This document shows, piece by piece, positions 28,430 to 42,893 of a DNA stretch of 64,000 bases (position 1 is its first letter; each line of letters opens with the position of its first letter). Made by a program: the position numbers and the translations under genes. The stretch covers positions 28,954,001 through 29,018,000 of the forward strand of contig JAGIQG010000027.1 of the NCBI GenBank assembly GCA_024679065.1, written 5' to 3'. The notes beneath the pieces were generated by a model, which worked only from the letters and a program-made list of their open reading frames with translations, did no database searches and was not told the origin of the DNA. The stretch is from Sphyrna mokarran. Its lineage: Eukaryota.

Positions 28430-29250
28430 GCAGTTATTGAAAAATCCCAGCATGAATTTAGAAAACATAGGTTATTCCTCAATAATCTGAATTTTTTAAG
28501 TAATTATGAAATTGCTTTCGAAACCAGATGCTAGTCTGGTTTATAACGTCAAGTGAGGTTTCCAGAAAAGGACCATACAGAAAACAGTTGAGAAAACTAC
28601 ATTAGCAAGTCAATTTCAAAGTCCTACAGGAACTCGGGATTGGGTTGCTCCTCTTTCAATATCTTCAAATATTTTGGATGAAGATATCAATTGAACCATT
28701 CACAAATCTGCTAATGTATATACAAGATAGCAACTTGCATGATGTTAGTTCTGGTGAATTTAGATAGGGAAATGCACATGTAGAAGATATAATTCAAATA
28801 TTAATTGCAATGGATTTAGGGCTGGATAAGTTCTTGATGAATGATTGGAGGGGATCTGGGGTCATAATGAATAGAAAATTGAATGTCTATAAGCCAGTGA
28901 GAAAGCAAATATATTTCAGGTTGAATTAGACAATACAAAAAAAATCCAATACTGAGATCGTACAAAAGCTGGTTACAGCCAAATTTTTAAAAAAATGATT
29001 TAAATATAGTGGGGAATATCAATATCTAGAACAGAGTGATCAAAATGTTATTCAAGGTTAGGGATATCAGTTGTTAATGTATTGTTTTAAGGAATCCATT
29101 TTTTCATTGGGGCAGTGCAACATTAGGAAAGATGCAAGTGACCCTTAGAATGATGAACAAAATAGATTTAGCTCTGGCTGAGTTAGATAAGGAGTGGGAG
29201 AATAAAATAAAAGTGTTAAGTTAGATTCAAGGATAAAGTACTTCTTTACA
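28430..29250 (+). mobile_element. Very old CR1 RT remnant
   Basis: gtcctacaggaactcgggattggg...ctctttcaatatcttc (VPQGS.LG..LF-like). Confidence 0.4.
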
Positions 29251-29289
29251 ACTTATTTACTCATTACAATCTTATGCAGAAACAGAGCA

Positions 29290-30215
29290 CAACATAGCAA
29301 ATTTTGTGAATACTAATAGGTGGGAAAACAGAAAGTGAAGAGGATGTAAAGATTTTCAATGGATATGGATAGGCTAGGAGAATACACCAAAATTTGGCAG
29401 ATGGAGTTTAATGTCAATAAGTCTGAAGTTCTCCATTCTGGCAGAAAAAAAAAATAGAAAGGCAAATTATTACCTAAATGGAAAGCAGATTCAAAATACG
29501 TCAGGGCAGTGGGATCATGGGTTCACGAGTTGCAGAAAGTTGATATGCAGGTGCAGCATGTAATAGAAAATGCAAATGGGAAGTTGGCATTTATTGCAAA
29601 AGGACTGGAGTATAGAAGTAGAGAAATGTTGTTGCAATTGTATAAAAGGGTGTTGGTGAGGCCATATCTGGAAAATTGTGTCCAGTTTTGGTTTCCTTAG
29701 TTGAGGAAGGATGTGGTGCCATTGGAGGCAGTTCAGAAGAGGTTCACCAGATTGATTACAAGGATGAAAGGTTTGATGTCTAAGGAGAGACTGAACAGTT
29801 CGGCCTTATACATGATGAAATTTAAAAGGATGAGAATAGATCTCATTGAGGTATATGAAATATTAAAAGGGATTGATAGAGTAAATGTAGGCCAAACATT
29901 TCTTATGGGGCAACCCCGAATAAGAGGTCACAAGTGTAAATCAAGAAGCGGTAGATTTGAAACTGAGATGAGGAGGACTATTTCTCACAGAAGATGGTGA
30001 ATTTGTGGAATTTGCTGCCCCATTGTACAGGTGAATCTGAATCATTGAATGGTTTCAAGGGGATAAGATATATTTCTAATAAAAAAGAGATAAAGAGATA
30101 TCGAGGATAGGTGGGGAGAAGACCAGGGAGAGATCAGCTATGATCTGACTGAATGGCGGAATAGGTGCTAAGGCCTGAATTTGTCTACTTCTGCTCCTAA
30201 TTCCTCTGTTATTTT
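29290..30215 (+). mobile_element. CR1 LINE 3' portion
   Basis: ORFs 29509..29700 and 29701..30000 (LVRPYLENCVQFW, LEAVQKRFTRLI) plus tail. Confidence 0.88.
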
Positions 30216-30500
30216 CATAGAGTTGGTGAGATTTAGAACATATTGCCAAAATATTTAGTACGTAATAATATCATGTAGATCTTTTAAAGGAATGTCTTGA
30301 CGGAGGACATTTCAATGGTAAGGTAGCTAGATTAATGATACTCAGCAAATACTGTAATTTCCTAGTCCTTCCTTGATAGCTTAATATTTTTTTAGAAATT
30401 GCCCCTTACAGGAGATTGCACTACATGAAATGGGCGGTGTGGTCAAAGACAGAGGGTTTTTTAAAAACCCCTAACAGGGGGTTTAAGTAGAATGTTAAAA

Positions 30501-31094
30501 TGTAACGAATCTCAAATCCTGTCTACTACTTGTGTCGAGGGAAGCAGGCGCCTCCCTCATTTGAATAGTTTAAGACCATGTCTGAAATTTTACCACACTG
30601 TCTGCCGCAGGAATTGGAGTGGGCAAGTGGAAGATCCATTTGCCTCGGGCCGTATTTTATGGTTTTGGGACAAGCGAAGCCATAAAACCGGAAAACAAAA
30701 TTAATTTTGTCTTCAGGTTTAATCCTGCAAGATTGCTGTGTTATATAGCTTTGCCTTTGGGCAAGAATTCCCAGTTTTCCCCTCAACTTTCCCCAGGTTT
30801 TTCCGATCACTCACTCTGCTCCTTGGTACTCAGGGCTTATCCAGCAACTGCCAATTAGTTAGCTGCAGCCAAGATATGGAGCCAAAGAGTGTCAACAGCA
30901 GCATCTCGAGTTATATCCATTCTTTCAGTTTTCCCAAATGTAAAACTACACCCAAACTCACCACCCTGTTAATACTGGTAGCAATGAATCACCTTGTTTG
31001 GGAAAACATGTCTCATCTATGTTGCATGCTCATCTGGAACCTGTGCTTCCAGTCTTTATTATGATTTTCCAAGGCTTGTGAACAATGAATTACA
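30501..31094. mobile_element. Possible solo LTR
   Basis: TGTAA...TTACA inverted termini around a 594-bp segment with more CpG than the flanks; no clear TSD. Confidence 0.35.
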
Positions 31095-31337
31095 TGTTTT
31101 GCTTTTTTAAACTGAGTCTGAGATGTTCCTTATAATTGATCTCTTCAAATAGGAGGCGGGGGGGGGGGGGGGGGGAAATTTGTTTTCATACTGACAATAA
31201 AATTAAGGATTTTTTTTTAACAATACTCAAGAAATGCATTTTTCACAAAAAACAGGAGTAGAGAATAAAAAGTACTGCCATAGACTTTCTTCCCCTTAAA
31301 ATAATTAAGCTTTAATGCCTTCAACAAATCCATTTAC

Positions 31338-33267
31338 CTTTTTCCTTTCTTTTTCCAAAGCCCTCCATTGTTCATAGCACTCTTCCAGCCGAATATGAAG
31401 TTCATTGGCTGGACCGCTGCGATTTTTCATAGGTCTTGGAAATCCAAAGGGCGGTATAAATCCATAAAGGGATGCATCTCCATAAAACATATCATTGAAA
31501 AGAGGATACAAGTGACTAAACTCTTCATAAGGAAATAACTCACTGGGATCCATTAATGAAACAACAGGGTGACCAAACTGAAGGTTAGCTCCTGAAGCAA
31601 CACCACGTGGACCAAGTTGTGAAATATTGTGGTTTCGTCTAAAGTCACCCATCATGTAGGGACTGGAAAAAGAAGCTGATGAACGAGTCATATAATTTGT
31701 TACACTACTGCTGTCTCCAGCTCCTTGTTGGGAATTATTATTATTATAATAATAAGACTGGGCACCTATTAAATCTCTGTACATGCTCTGCGAAAATTCA
31801 TCATCCTTTTTTTTCACATCTTCATTCAAATCATAATGGCAGTTTTGCTGTTTAGTTTGATAGCTAGGATATTTGTTTGTAACATATTGTTGAGATGATG
31901 AACTCCCATGAAATCCATTTACTTGTTTTCCATTTTGACAATTCTTCTCAATTGGTGATTCAAAGTACATATCTCCACTAGCTTTATTTTGCCCTTCAAC
32001 ATGTGTACCTGGCTGAACCCGTTCCACATTATATGTGAATTCACTACTAGAAACCTTGGAGTTGTCCTGACCATAAATTCCTGTGGATCTCTGGAAGTAA
32101 GCACTACTATTTTGAGAAAAGGACATGGATGACTGATGAGAAGATGGACAGAAAGAATGGGATGATGTTTTAGAGGCAGGAGATGCTTGATTATTGAGAT
32201 CTGATGAGTTGTCTGGTTTCCCAAATGAAGTAGTAGTGGTAGTTTCAGAACCAGAAGTAGCCAATTTTGTCCAGGATTGTCTGTTTTGGTAAGACTCTCC
32301 AGAATACACAGATACTGGCAATGCGTTTAATGGCTGAACATACTCAGACTGTGGTGAAAAATGATCATAATTAGAATGTTGTTGTTTTTCAAAGGCTTTC
32401 TCAAAGTCACTTCTAATTGGGCAAAATGTATGTGGATTTCTTCCACATTCAGATGTACACTTCTGCGCCAAATCATTACCTAATCCCATTTCCTTTGGGA
32501 GCTGTTTTTCACTCAAGCCTGATGATGATTTTACACAGTATTTTAAAGTATGCTGGTCAATATTTAACTCATCAAACCCCTTTTGTGCTTGTTTCCCTTT
32601 GGGCACTCTATTACATGTGTCCATTTCGATCACTGGCAATTCTGGTATACAATCAGAAGTAGTCTTTCCATCTGCAATGTTAAAATTCACAAATTTGTTC
32701 TGTCTGAATTTACTGCCATGTAATTGTTCCATGTATCTGTTGCCAGTATTGCTGTTATAAGAATTTCTGGAATTATGCAGAAAAGGAAACAATTCTGTTG
32801 ATGTCTGACTGGATGGAGTACCAACTTCTTTATAATCTCCCCCATCTCTACCATACAGGTGTATATCTGTTCCTTGTTCTCTAACTGATACTGGTAATCC
32901 TACCTGGAGTTTGGAACAATTCTTCACATAGGGAAACTCCTGAAAGTTCATCTTAGTGCTATCAGTGGACTGAAAAGGAATGCAATCGGTAGCTTCTTTC
33001 TTTGAAGGAAACATCCATTGCTCTGTCAGATCCAAATCATCAAATCCTAAAAAATCTTCCATATTTATTTTTTGTTGAGAGACTAAATGACTATCCTGTT
33101 GGTACTGTGGTTTGTCAGATGTTGCTATGGATTCTTTTGAGTTAAAAACTGGCTGTGAATATGATGCATCTACTGGCTTTTTAGACTCAGATGAGTGATC
33201 TAGATGTTCTGTATATCTGTTCGTTGTGGAAGACCATATTGATCTTAACAAGTTAGAGGAGGTATTT
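31338..33267 (-). CDS. MEIOC: MEIOC large coding exon 5 (low-complexity region to start of coiled coil, RSGPANELHIRLEECYEQWRALEKERKK)
   Basis: 1930-nt open exon within ORF 31305..33386; tcttttgttttag| acceptor, AAG|GTAAAT donor; phase 2-0. Confidence 0.96.
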
Positions 33268-33607
33268 CTAAAACAAAAGATACGTTGCAAAAAACTGATT
33301 AGACAATAGTTAAAATAGTCAAAGGATAATATGCAATGTACAATATTTTGTTCTGAGTGTAGTGATGAAACACACTGAGGAACCAATGCACTACATCACA
33401 GCAGTGGAGCAATGCACACCACTGAATTGATTTGGCTGTAATGCTGCAATGAGACAGGCCAGTGCAGGAGATACTAGGAAAGTCAGCCAAAAATAATGTG
33501 ATACATCATTTTATGCCAGCTCACAGTGGCAATGAATCTTAGGCCGTTCAGCTTTTCAGCTGTACCCAGATTGTCTAGCAGGAATAGAAATCAAAATATC
33601 AGCTTTA

Positions 33608-34586
33608 AGCTTATTAGTGTCACAAATAGGCTTACATTAACACTGCAATGAAATTACTGTTAAAATCCCCTAGTTGCCTCATTCTGGCACTTGTCTGGGT
33701 ACATGAGGGAGCATCTAACATAGCCAATTCACCTAACCAGCATGTCTTTGTCTGTAGGAGGAAACCAATGTAGACATGGGGAGAATAGAATCATAGAAAA
33801 ACTACAGCACAAATAGGCCCTTTGGCCCACAAGTTGCACCAATTTTATCTCTACCTACTAGGCTTACCTATAATCCTCAATCCTATTAAGTCCCATTTAT
33901 TCATTCAAGCCTTTTAAAAGATCCTAACAAATTTACCTCCATCACCACCGATGGCAGCCGATTCCACTCAGCCACCTGAGTGAATGAACTTATGCCTGAC
34001 ATCTCCTCTGTACCTACTCCCCAGCACCTTAAACCTGTGTCCTCTTGTGGCAGCTATTTCAGCCCTGGGGAAAAAGCCTCAGAGTCTATCTAATCAATAC
34101 CTTTCATCAGCTTATACACCTCTATCAAGTCCCCTCTCATCCTTCGTCTCTCTAAGGAGAGAAGATCGAGCTCTCTCAACCTATCCTCATAAGGCATGCC
34201 ACTTAATCCAGGTAACATCCTTGTAAATCTCTGCACTTTTCAATGGCCTCCACATCCTCCCTGCAGTGAGAGGACCAGAACTGAGCACAGTTCTCCAAAT
34301 GGGGTCTGAATAGGATCTTATACAGCTGCAGTATCATTTCCCGACTCCTAAACACAATTCCTCAATTGATGAAGGCCAGTACACCATATGCTTCTTAAGC
34401 GCATCCTCTATCTGCAAAGAGGATTTGAGAGTCCTATGAACTCGGACCCCAAGATCCTTCTGATCTTCCATGCTGCGAAGAGTCTTACCCTTAACATTAT
34501 ATTCCTAATGAGCACACATAGTGACTCAACCTGGGAACTGAACCCAGGTCCTTGGCACATGGCAATACTAACCACCATGTTGCCCT
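33608..34586 (-). mobile_element. V-SINE (33608-33786 + 34508-34586) split by a CR1 3' fragment (33787-34505)
   Basis: SINE tail ttattagtgtcacaaataggcttacattaacactgcaatg and head gaacccaggtcc...actaaccaccatgttgccc flank a CR1 similar to 26428-27110. Confidence 0.8.
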
Positions 34587-34640
34587 GGGAGGCCTAACTC
34601 CCCCAAAAATTTCTTAAATATGCATATGTATAAAAACTTA

Positions 34641-34781
<141 letters not shown>

Positions 34782-36445
34782 TTAATCACTGTACTAAAAT
34801 GCTCAAACTAGAATCAATGGGACCAACGTATAATGTACAAAAACAAGAAATTTGGATTGATTGAGTCTAAACAACCACAACCAAGTTTAGTTGGACCTTC
34901 TTTTCTGAAAGGTATGCAATTATTTTTAACTGTTAAATTTCAAATATAAATTTTGAAACATAAGTAGATCTAACTCAGTAAGTTAGATGTTTTAAAAGTG
35001 GGGAGCATTATGCCATTTAATACATAATTTAACATAGGCAGAAATAAATTGGCTATATTTTTATTATTTTTAAAACAAAAATGAGATGCCTATATTTGAA
35101 CTTTAAAAAGGGGAGAGAAAAGACCATTAAGCTTGCCCCATTCAGAACAGTATATGACTTTTACCCAACACCTAATGAGGCCAAATGACACAAAGAAATA
35201 AAAACATGCAGCCAATTCAGACTTAACCCTAGAAATTTCCCTCCAAACACAGGAGTCAATCGAATAAATTCCAGGAAGTACCTCAAATGCAACTAATAAT
35301 CACTTATCCTCTAACTGGAAATGTGTTATTTTCTCAGAGCTTGCTGTATGTTTTTATTAGGAAGTTAGACTCCTCCTCTAGTGCAAATTTCAGATTTGTG
35401 TAAATTAGCAACGAAATTTTATGAAGTAAAAAAATTGTGGCATCTAACTCTGCTTATGTTTGTAACCTTTTATTTGATCTATTCATCGCAAATTGCTGAT
35501 CTACCAGAAAGAAATAATTGCTTCATCAATTTAAGAAGTGTGAAAATATTCTCTGAAGTTTGCAATAATCAATATAATCCTAACTTTTGGGACTTATTTT
35601 CATAACTCACAAGCTCTATAGTTAGATATTATTTGACCACATTCCTGAAGTACCTCAATGTCCCACACTATTTACTGAAGTGAAAAAGAAGCTAAGTTAT
35701 GTTGCTCAGGATGTTTCTTTTATGGTTAAGAAATTAATTTTTCATTTATGCTTTTCTTTCTTAGAAAACAACATACTCAGAGACCTCCTGCGCACTTTCT
35801 CTGCCTCAATGCCTGTCAAAACTATTTGTTTAAATTACTTGATTCTTTACTCTATGACATGCCACATCATATCATCTAGACACTAGGAAATAAGACATTA
35901 GTGGTGACGCAAGATTGTAATTTGTAAAGTATAATGAAGCTAGAAGTAACAGGTAATGATTGAGAATTTCTTTCCAGCTTTTGTCTTTGGACTTTATGGA
36001 CTCAAAACTCAAAAGCTGTTGCCTAAAGAAAAGAAATTCGAAGAACAGTTCTAGGGTCAGACTTGAATTTCTGCATGTGTTTGACTGAAGACACTAGATA
36101 CAGTAAAAGCTATGGGCCCTGACAACATTTCGGCTGTAATTCCTTTTAAAAACATACAGCAAGCCATAAGAAAATAACATTTCCAGTTAGAGGATAAGTA
36201 ATAATTAGTTGTGTTTATGAGGTACTTCCTGGAATTTAGTCAATTGCCTTCAATAGTTGGAGGGAGATTTCTTGGGTTAAACCTGAATTGGCTGCATATT
36301 TTTGTTTCTTTGCATCATTCGGCCTTAAGTATTGGGTAAAAACCTTAGATTTTGAAAGGTCTATGTTCCTAAATTAGCTATGCCCCAAGCCTAGATTTTC
36401 CATTTAGATTCTATTTAGTTTCCATTTACATTCTAGATTTTCCAT

Positions 36446-37390
36446 TTTGTAATTTTTATAAATGATCTGGATGAGGGTATTGAAGGATGGATTAGTAAAT
36501 TCGCAGATGACACTAAAGTCGGTGGAGTGGTAGATAGTGAAGAGGGGTGTTATAGTTTGCAGAGAGACTTGGACAAGTTGCAGAGCTGGGCCGAGAGGTG
36601 GCAAATGGAGTTTAATGTGGAAAAGTGTGAGGTAATGCACTTTGGCAGGAATAATAAATGTGTAGAGTATAGGGCTAATGGTAGGATTCTTAGTAGTCTT
36701 GATGAACAGAGGGATCTTGGTGTATATGTGCATAGATCCCTGAAAGTAGGCAGTCAAGTCGATAAGGTTGTTAAGAAGGCATATGGAGTCTTAGCTTTTA
36801 TTGGTAGGGGGATTGAATTTCGGAGCCGCAACGTCATGTTGCAACTGTACAAAACTCTAGTGCGGCCGCACTTGGAGTATTGTGTGCAGTTCTGGTCCCC
36901 ACATTATAAGAAAGATGTGGAGGCATTGGAGAGGGTACAGAGGAGGTTTACCAGGATGTTGCCTGGTATGGAGGGCAGGTCTTATGAAGAGAGGCTGAGG
37001 GATTTGAGGTTGTTTTCGTTAGAAAGGAGGCGGCTAAGAGGGGACCTAATCGAAACATATAAGATGATTAGAGGTTTAGATAGGGTGGACAGTGATAGCC
37101 TTTTTCCTAGGATGGAGAAAGCTAGCACGAGGGGACACAGCTTTAAATTAAGGGGTGATAGTTATAGGACGGATATCAGAGGTAGGTTCTTTACCCAAAG
37201 GGTGGTTCGGGAGTGGAATGCCCTGCCTGCAGCAGTTGTAGATGCGCCAAGTTTGGTGGCGTTTAAGAGGTTAGTTGATAAGTATATGGAAGAGAAGGGA
37301 ATGGTTTAGTTTGGAGGGGCATTGCTTTTTATATTGGTCGGCGCAACATCGAAGGCCGAAGGGCCTGTTCTGTGCTGTAATGTTCTATTA
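36446..37390 (+). mobile_element. Young 5'-truncated CR1 LINE with an uninterrupted ORF2 C-terminus
   Basis: KFADDTK followed by open ORF 36527..37309; short (~80 nt) canonical 3' UTR ending gggcctgttctgtgctgtaatgttcta. Confidence 0.95.
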
Positions 37391-37394
37391 CAGC

Positions 37395-37730
37395 TACAGT
37401 AACCTGACATTGTAAAATTTGTGCACGAATATCCTGTCCACAAAAAGAACAAATCCAGTCCGGCCAATGACCTACTCTCATCACAGTCATTTTAAAATGA
37501 TGGAAGGCATCTCTTACAGCAGTACTAAGTGGATCTTATTCAGCAATAAACTGCTGACCATTGTTGTTTGGATTTCTACACGGGCTTTATTGGCTTGGTC
37601 CAAACATGGACAAAACAGTCAAATGCCAGAGATAAGGCGAGAGTGACTACTCTAGACAAAGAAGCATTTCACTACGTGTGGCATCAAGGAACCCTAGCGA
37701 ATCTGTAATCAGAGGGAAAACTCTCCGTCA
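37395..37730 (+). mobile_element. Old CR1-clade RT fragment
   Basis: gtgtggcatcaaggaaccctagc...gagggaaaactctcc, same family as 10605. Confidence 0.6.
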
Positions 37731-38359
37731 CATCCAGTTGAGGTCTGACCAATATTCTATACAAGTTGCAGAACTTTTCACTATTGTCAGGGTTGTTTAT
37801 CTTCATTGTAGATATCAATGGATCATATGACAGCTTCACTGCAAACTGTAGCACACTCCCATCTGAGAAGTGGTCAGGGTCTATTTAGTATTTCCATCTG
37901 GTAGTTCTGATTGCATCTAAATTTACACCACTTTTGTGACAAAATATTAGTTATAAAAGGTAAAGAGATAAGAAAAGCCTTTCCTTTTGGCAGCCACCAG
38001 TTCGAAACAACAGTTTTGCACAGTGGTAGATTTCAGATAGAAAACCTAGGATTAGGGAATTCCTGACTTCATTAATGTGGATGATACTTGGGTGCATGCA
38101 GAGTCCAGGAACTCCTTTCATTATGCACACATCAATAAAAGTACCTTGGCATTCATACATTCATCCTCAGACAACAACTCATTTACTTCCATGACTTTTG
38201 AACACAGCACTAGTTCTGAAGGTGTACTTGGAAATGATCATAACCCAAGGACAACGGGCCACTGAAGGAACTTTAATTGCAGGGGGGGGGGGGGGGGGGG
38301 GGGGGAGAATAGCAGTGGTCGAGATAGAGTTAGAGGGTGAGTATAGGTCATAGGAATGT

Positions 38360-41300
38360 CACTAGGACACAAAAAGGTACAGCACAGCAACAGGCCCTTT
38401 GGCCCTCCAAGCCTGTACCGATCATGCTGCCCTAACTGAAAAAAAAACATGTTTTGCCTGTCTGGTCCTTATTCCTCTAATACCTCCCAATTCCTGGCCA
38501 TCTAGCTGCCTCTTAAATGTTGCTAATGTGCCTGCTTCTACCATCACCTCTGATGGCGTGTTCCAGGCATCCATCAATCTCTTTGAAAGCCATCTCCCAC
38601 ACATCTCTCAAACTTTCTCCCTCACCTTGAGCATGTGTTCACTTGTAAGTGAAATTTCGACCTGGGAAAAAGCCTCTGACTATTCACTCTGTCTACGTCT
38701 CTCAATTTTGTAGATCTCTATCAGACCTCCCCTCAGCCTCTATCTTTCCAGTGAAATCAACCTCTCCTCAGCCAATGCACAAAAAAAAACAGGTAACATC
38801 CTGGTGAACTTTCTCTACACTCTGTCCAATGCTTCCACTTCTTTCTGGTAACGTAGTGACCAGAACTGCATACAATACTCCAAATGCAGCCCAAGATCTC
38901 ATACAGCTGCAACATGATTTCCCAGCTCTTGTATTCCTGTCCCAGCTAATAAAGGCTTCCTAATCACTTTGGTCACTCGTATTGCCATTTTTAGTCAACT
39001 GTGGACCTGCATGCCTGGATTCCTCTATGTAAATGTCAGAACCCTTGGGAACGTTTACAGTATAATTCACACCTAAATTTATCTTCCAAAATGCATCACC
39101 TCATATTTGTCCAGATTAAACTCCATCTGTCATTTCTGTGCCCAAGTCTCCAATCTATCTATATCTTATTGTATCCTCTGACAATCCCCTGCATCCTCAG
39201 AAAATCCAGTAAGAAGTCTGACAACACCAGGTTTAAATCCAACCGATTTATTTGATAGTAAACTCACAAGTTTTTCACCCTCAGGTGAAGAAAATCCCCA
39301 GCACTATCAGCAACTCCACCAATCTTCGTGTCATCCGCAAATTTACAAATCAGATTCCCAACAATTTTGCGCCAGATCATTTATATAAACTACAGAGGTC
39401 TGAGCACTAACCCTGTGTAACACCACTAGTTATAGATCTCCATTTTGCAAAACCACCCTTCCACTACTACTGTCTTCTATAACCAAACTAGCCATCTAGT
39501 CAGCCCACCCCAAATCCCATTTTAGTTTTTGTACCAGTCTGTCATATAGTACCTTGTCAAACACCTTACTGAAGTCCATATAAACTACATCCACAGCCCA
39601 TCCCTCAATTATCTTTGTTCACCGCTTCAAAAAATTCAATCAAGTTGGTGAGACATGACCTTCACTGTACAAAACCACACTGCCTGTAACTAACCAGTCA
39701 GTTTTCTTCCAAACGTGCATATATCCTGTTCTTTAATATCTCCTCCAAAAGCTTCCCCATCACTGATGTCAGGCTCACTGGCCTATAATTTCCTGCTTCC
39801 TTTCTTAAACAAGGGAACAAAATTGGCAATTCTCTCCAATCTTCTGGAACCTCGCCCATGGTCAAAGAGGATGTGAAGATACCTGTTAAGGCCCCAGCTA
39901 TTTCTTCCCTTGTCTCCTGCAGTAATCTGGAATAGATCCCATATGACCCTGGGGACTTGTCTACATTAATGCAATTTAGGATACCCAACAATTCCTCCTT
40001 CAATATACTGATACTCTTTAGAGCGTTCTTCACATACCTATCCCTGACTTCAACATCCGTCATGTCCTTCTCCTTGGTGAACTTGGTAAATACCAATACA
40101 AAGTATTCATTAAAGACTTTACGCACTTCTTGTGGCTCCACGCATAATTTCATTCCATTGTCCTTGAGTGGGCCTACTGTTCTCTTGCCACCCTCTTATT
40201 CTAATATATGCGTAAAAAAACCTCAGGTTTCTCTTGACCCTAAAGACATTGGCCAAAGATATTTCATGGCCTCTTTTAACCCTCCTAATTCCATCTTTAA
40301 GTTCTTTTCTGCTTTCACTATACTCAAGGGCTTCATTAGTTTTTAGATACCTAGGCCTAATTTTTCCTTTTGACTAAGCTTACAATTTCCCTTGTCATCC
40401 AGGGTTCCCAAATTCTGCCATTTCTATCCTTCATTTTTGCAGGGATGTGCCTGCTCTGCACTTCAATCAACTGGCCTTTAAAAGCATCTCACATGCTAGA
40501 TGTAAATTTGTCTTTAAATAGCCATTCCCAATCCACACTCCCCAATTCCTGTCTAATTTGGATATAACTGGCCCTCACCTGAGGGTCACTCGACCGTAAC
40601 CATGACTACCCAAAATCTTATAGAATTATGGTTGTTAAGCCCAAAATGCTTTCCCACTGAAATATCACCTAGCCCAGCTCATTCTGCAAAACCAAATCTA
40701 GTATACTCTCCCTTCCTGATTGGATTGTCAACATACTGCATCAAAAAGCCCTCCTGGATACATGTAACAAATTGCTCTCTGTCTAAGCCCTGGACATAAG
40801 TGGGTCCCGTGTGCAGGAAGTTAAAGTCACTCACTAGAAATACCCTGCTTTTTTCACACCATGTCAGTATCTGACTACACAACTGCTCTTCTGTCTCCTG
40901 CGGGTTGTTGGGAGTCCATATACACTCCCAACATTGTGATTTCACCCTTTCCATTCCACCCATAATGCCTCACAAACCCCTTGTGATCCAATGTGTCCAC
41001 CCTCAACACAGCTGAGATATACTCCCTAATCAGCAGTGCAACTCCCCCACCGTTTTTTTGTTTTAGACAGAACAGAAGGGAAAACAACAATATCCTGCAA
41101 TGTTAAGCTGCCAGTTCTGTCCCCCTTTTAACCATGTCTCTGTAATTACAATATCATAATTCCATGCAACATCCAGGCTCTCAGTTCATCTGTTTTACCT
41201 GTTATACTTCTCACATTGAAGCAAGCATACTCCAGACCTACAGTCTATGCCTGCTCTTACTCTGCGCTATGTTTATCTCAGTCTCACTACCACCAACCCC

Positions 41301-41490
41301 CCCCCCCCCAAACCATGTCCCTACACTTACTGGCATGCTGATCCAGTTCCCATCCCCATGCCACAATAGTTTAAATCCTCTTGAAAAAAAAACTAACAAA
41401 ACCTCTCACCAGGATATTGGTGACCACTAGTTCAGATGCAACCTGTTTAGGTCCCATCTTCCCTAAAAGGCATCCCAGTGATCCATGTAA
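38360..41490 (-). mobile_element. Decayed long CR1 (APE endonuclease + RT + tail)
   Basis: GGGVALLIRE, LVSDFN, KSPGSYG, NYRPVSLTSVMGKLLE in ORFs 39698-41090; tail at ~38365. Confidence 0.9.
39194..39290 (-). mobile_element. Penelope-like terminal fragment nested in CR1, with TSD
   Basis: cagtaagaagtctgacaacaccaggtttaaatcc...tcaggtgaag; flanks acaatcccctgca / aaaatccccagca. Confidence 0.78.
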
Positions 41491-42252
41491 CTAAAACTCT
41501 AAAAGTAGAAGCCCTGGTGTACTACCCATTTTAGTTGCTATTAACAAGCTAGAAAAGTAGTTGATAAAGGATGCCAAAGAACTGGAAAGTTGAGAAATAT
41601 TTGGTGTATACATTGAAATATCACAGCTTCTACACAAGGGGGTTATGCACAGAAAGGGACTTCCAGATGGCATACATAAGGCTAAATCAAGACTAGTGGC
41701 TCAGAGTTTCACAGAGAGACTTGGTGATCAACAGTAAAAATATTTCTGTTTCAGCGCAAATCTATACCAACTGAATGAGTTTTACCATTCACTCTCACTT
41801 TTTTAAGTATTATTGGTTTCCTTGTTTGATTTTTTTGTAATAGTATTATTAAGGAACAGTTAAAAGATAAACTTTATGACACTGCTCTGTCCACTCTGAC
41901 ATATAGTAGTGAAATTATTTATTTTGAATAATCTGTTTCACAATTGAATCAAAGATGCAAAGACCTTTTAATCCATGCTGTTATATCTTCAAGCTGGATA
42001 AATTTGTATTGTGGTCTGGTGAATGATCACATCTCAGTACAGGACAGTGAGTTGAGCTGTTCACAAATTTTGGTTTGTGCACACAATCCCCTAAGTGTCC
42101 AGGCCATCAGGTAACTGAACCAGAGACAATTGAGTGGCACAATGGTTAACACCTGGATCGAGGTTGAGTTGTGCTATCACAGGACCACAAAGATTGATCA
42201 CAGACATGAATAAATAAACTCACGTTCAGCTAGAAGTCCAACTATATGGAGA

Positions 42253-42473
42253 CAAAGAACAAGAACAAAGAACAAAACAGCACGGGAAACAAGCCCTTTG
42301 GCCCAACAAGCCCACGCCGCCACCCTGATGTTCCCACCTCTACCCGTGATCCCTGTCTACGTTTATAGATCTATGGATTAAAAACCAAATTTGAGACAAT
42401 TTAGGGAGAATTTGTTTTGCCAATCAGCCTAAGAGCACATTTTTGGGATGTGGGAAGAAAACGGAGCATCCGG
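42253..42473 (-). mobile_element. Distal 3' UTR fragment of V-SINE-tailed CR1
   Basis: Close match to 56840-57050. Confidence 0.85.
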
Positions 42474-42893
42474 TTGTTTGACATGGGCACAAAGCATCAG
42501 TGACATTTTTATTACTTTTCATAACAGCTGAGATATATTTGGGTTGAAAATGACTGGAAAAAATTATCCAGGGCCATCTTAGTTGGCTGCACTTTAGACA
42601 TAATACCTTTTGGATTAGAAATTTAGATTGTGTTTTCTTGTAATTGTCTAATGCAATTTATTTTAGCCAACATCAGTGACCTTTTAAAAAAAAAGTCTCC
42701 AGTAGTGGGAATTCAGCTTCCAGAAATGGTGTGATGCTACATTGTGCTAAATTAGATCAAACGTGGCAGAATCCAATTAAAATCTCTGCTTCCAAAGATC
42801 ATCAACCACAGAGAACGCTAATACATGAGACAGTCTTTTAAAATGCTTATCTGACACATCCACTGAAGACTGTGGAAAATGAAATTTAATTCT

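Noticed and set aside
31305-33386. 693-aa ORF as a standalone intronless gene
   Set aside because: It is MEIOC exon 5 plus intronic read-through; splice sites at 33267 and 31338 fit the neighbouring exon phases
36527-37309. Host gene or autonomous LINE (likewise 57372..58199 and 63228..63869)
   Set aside because: The first two are 5'-truncated CR1 ORF2 C-termini lacking the endonuclease and most of RT; the 63-kb copy is frameshifted
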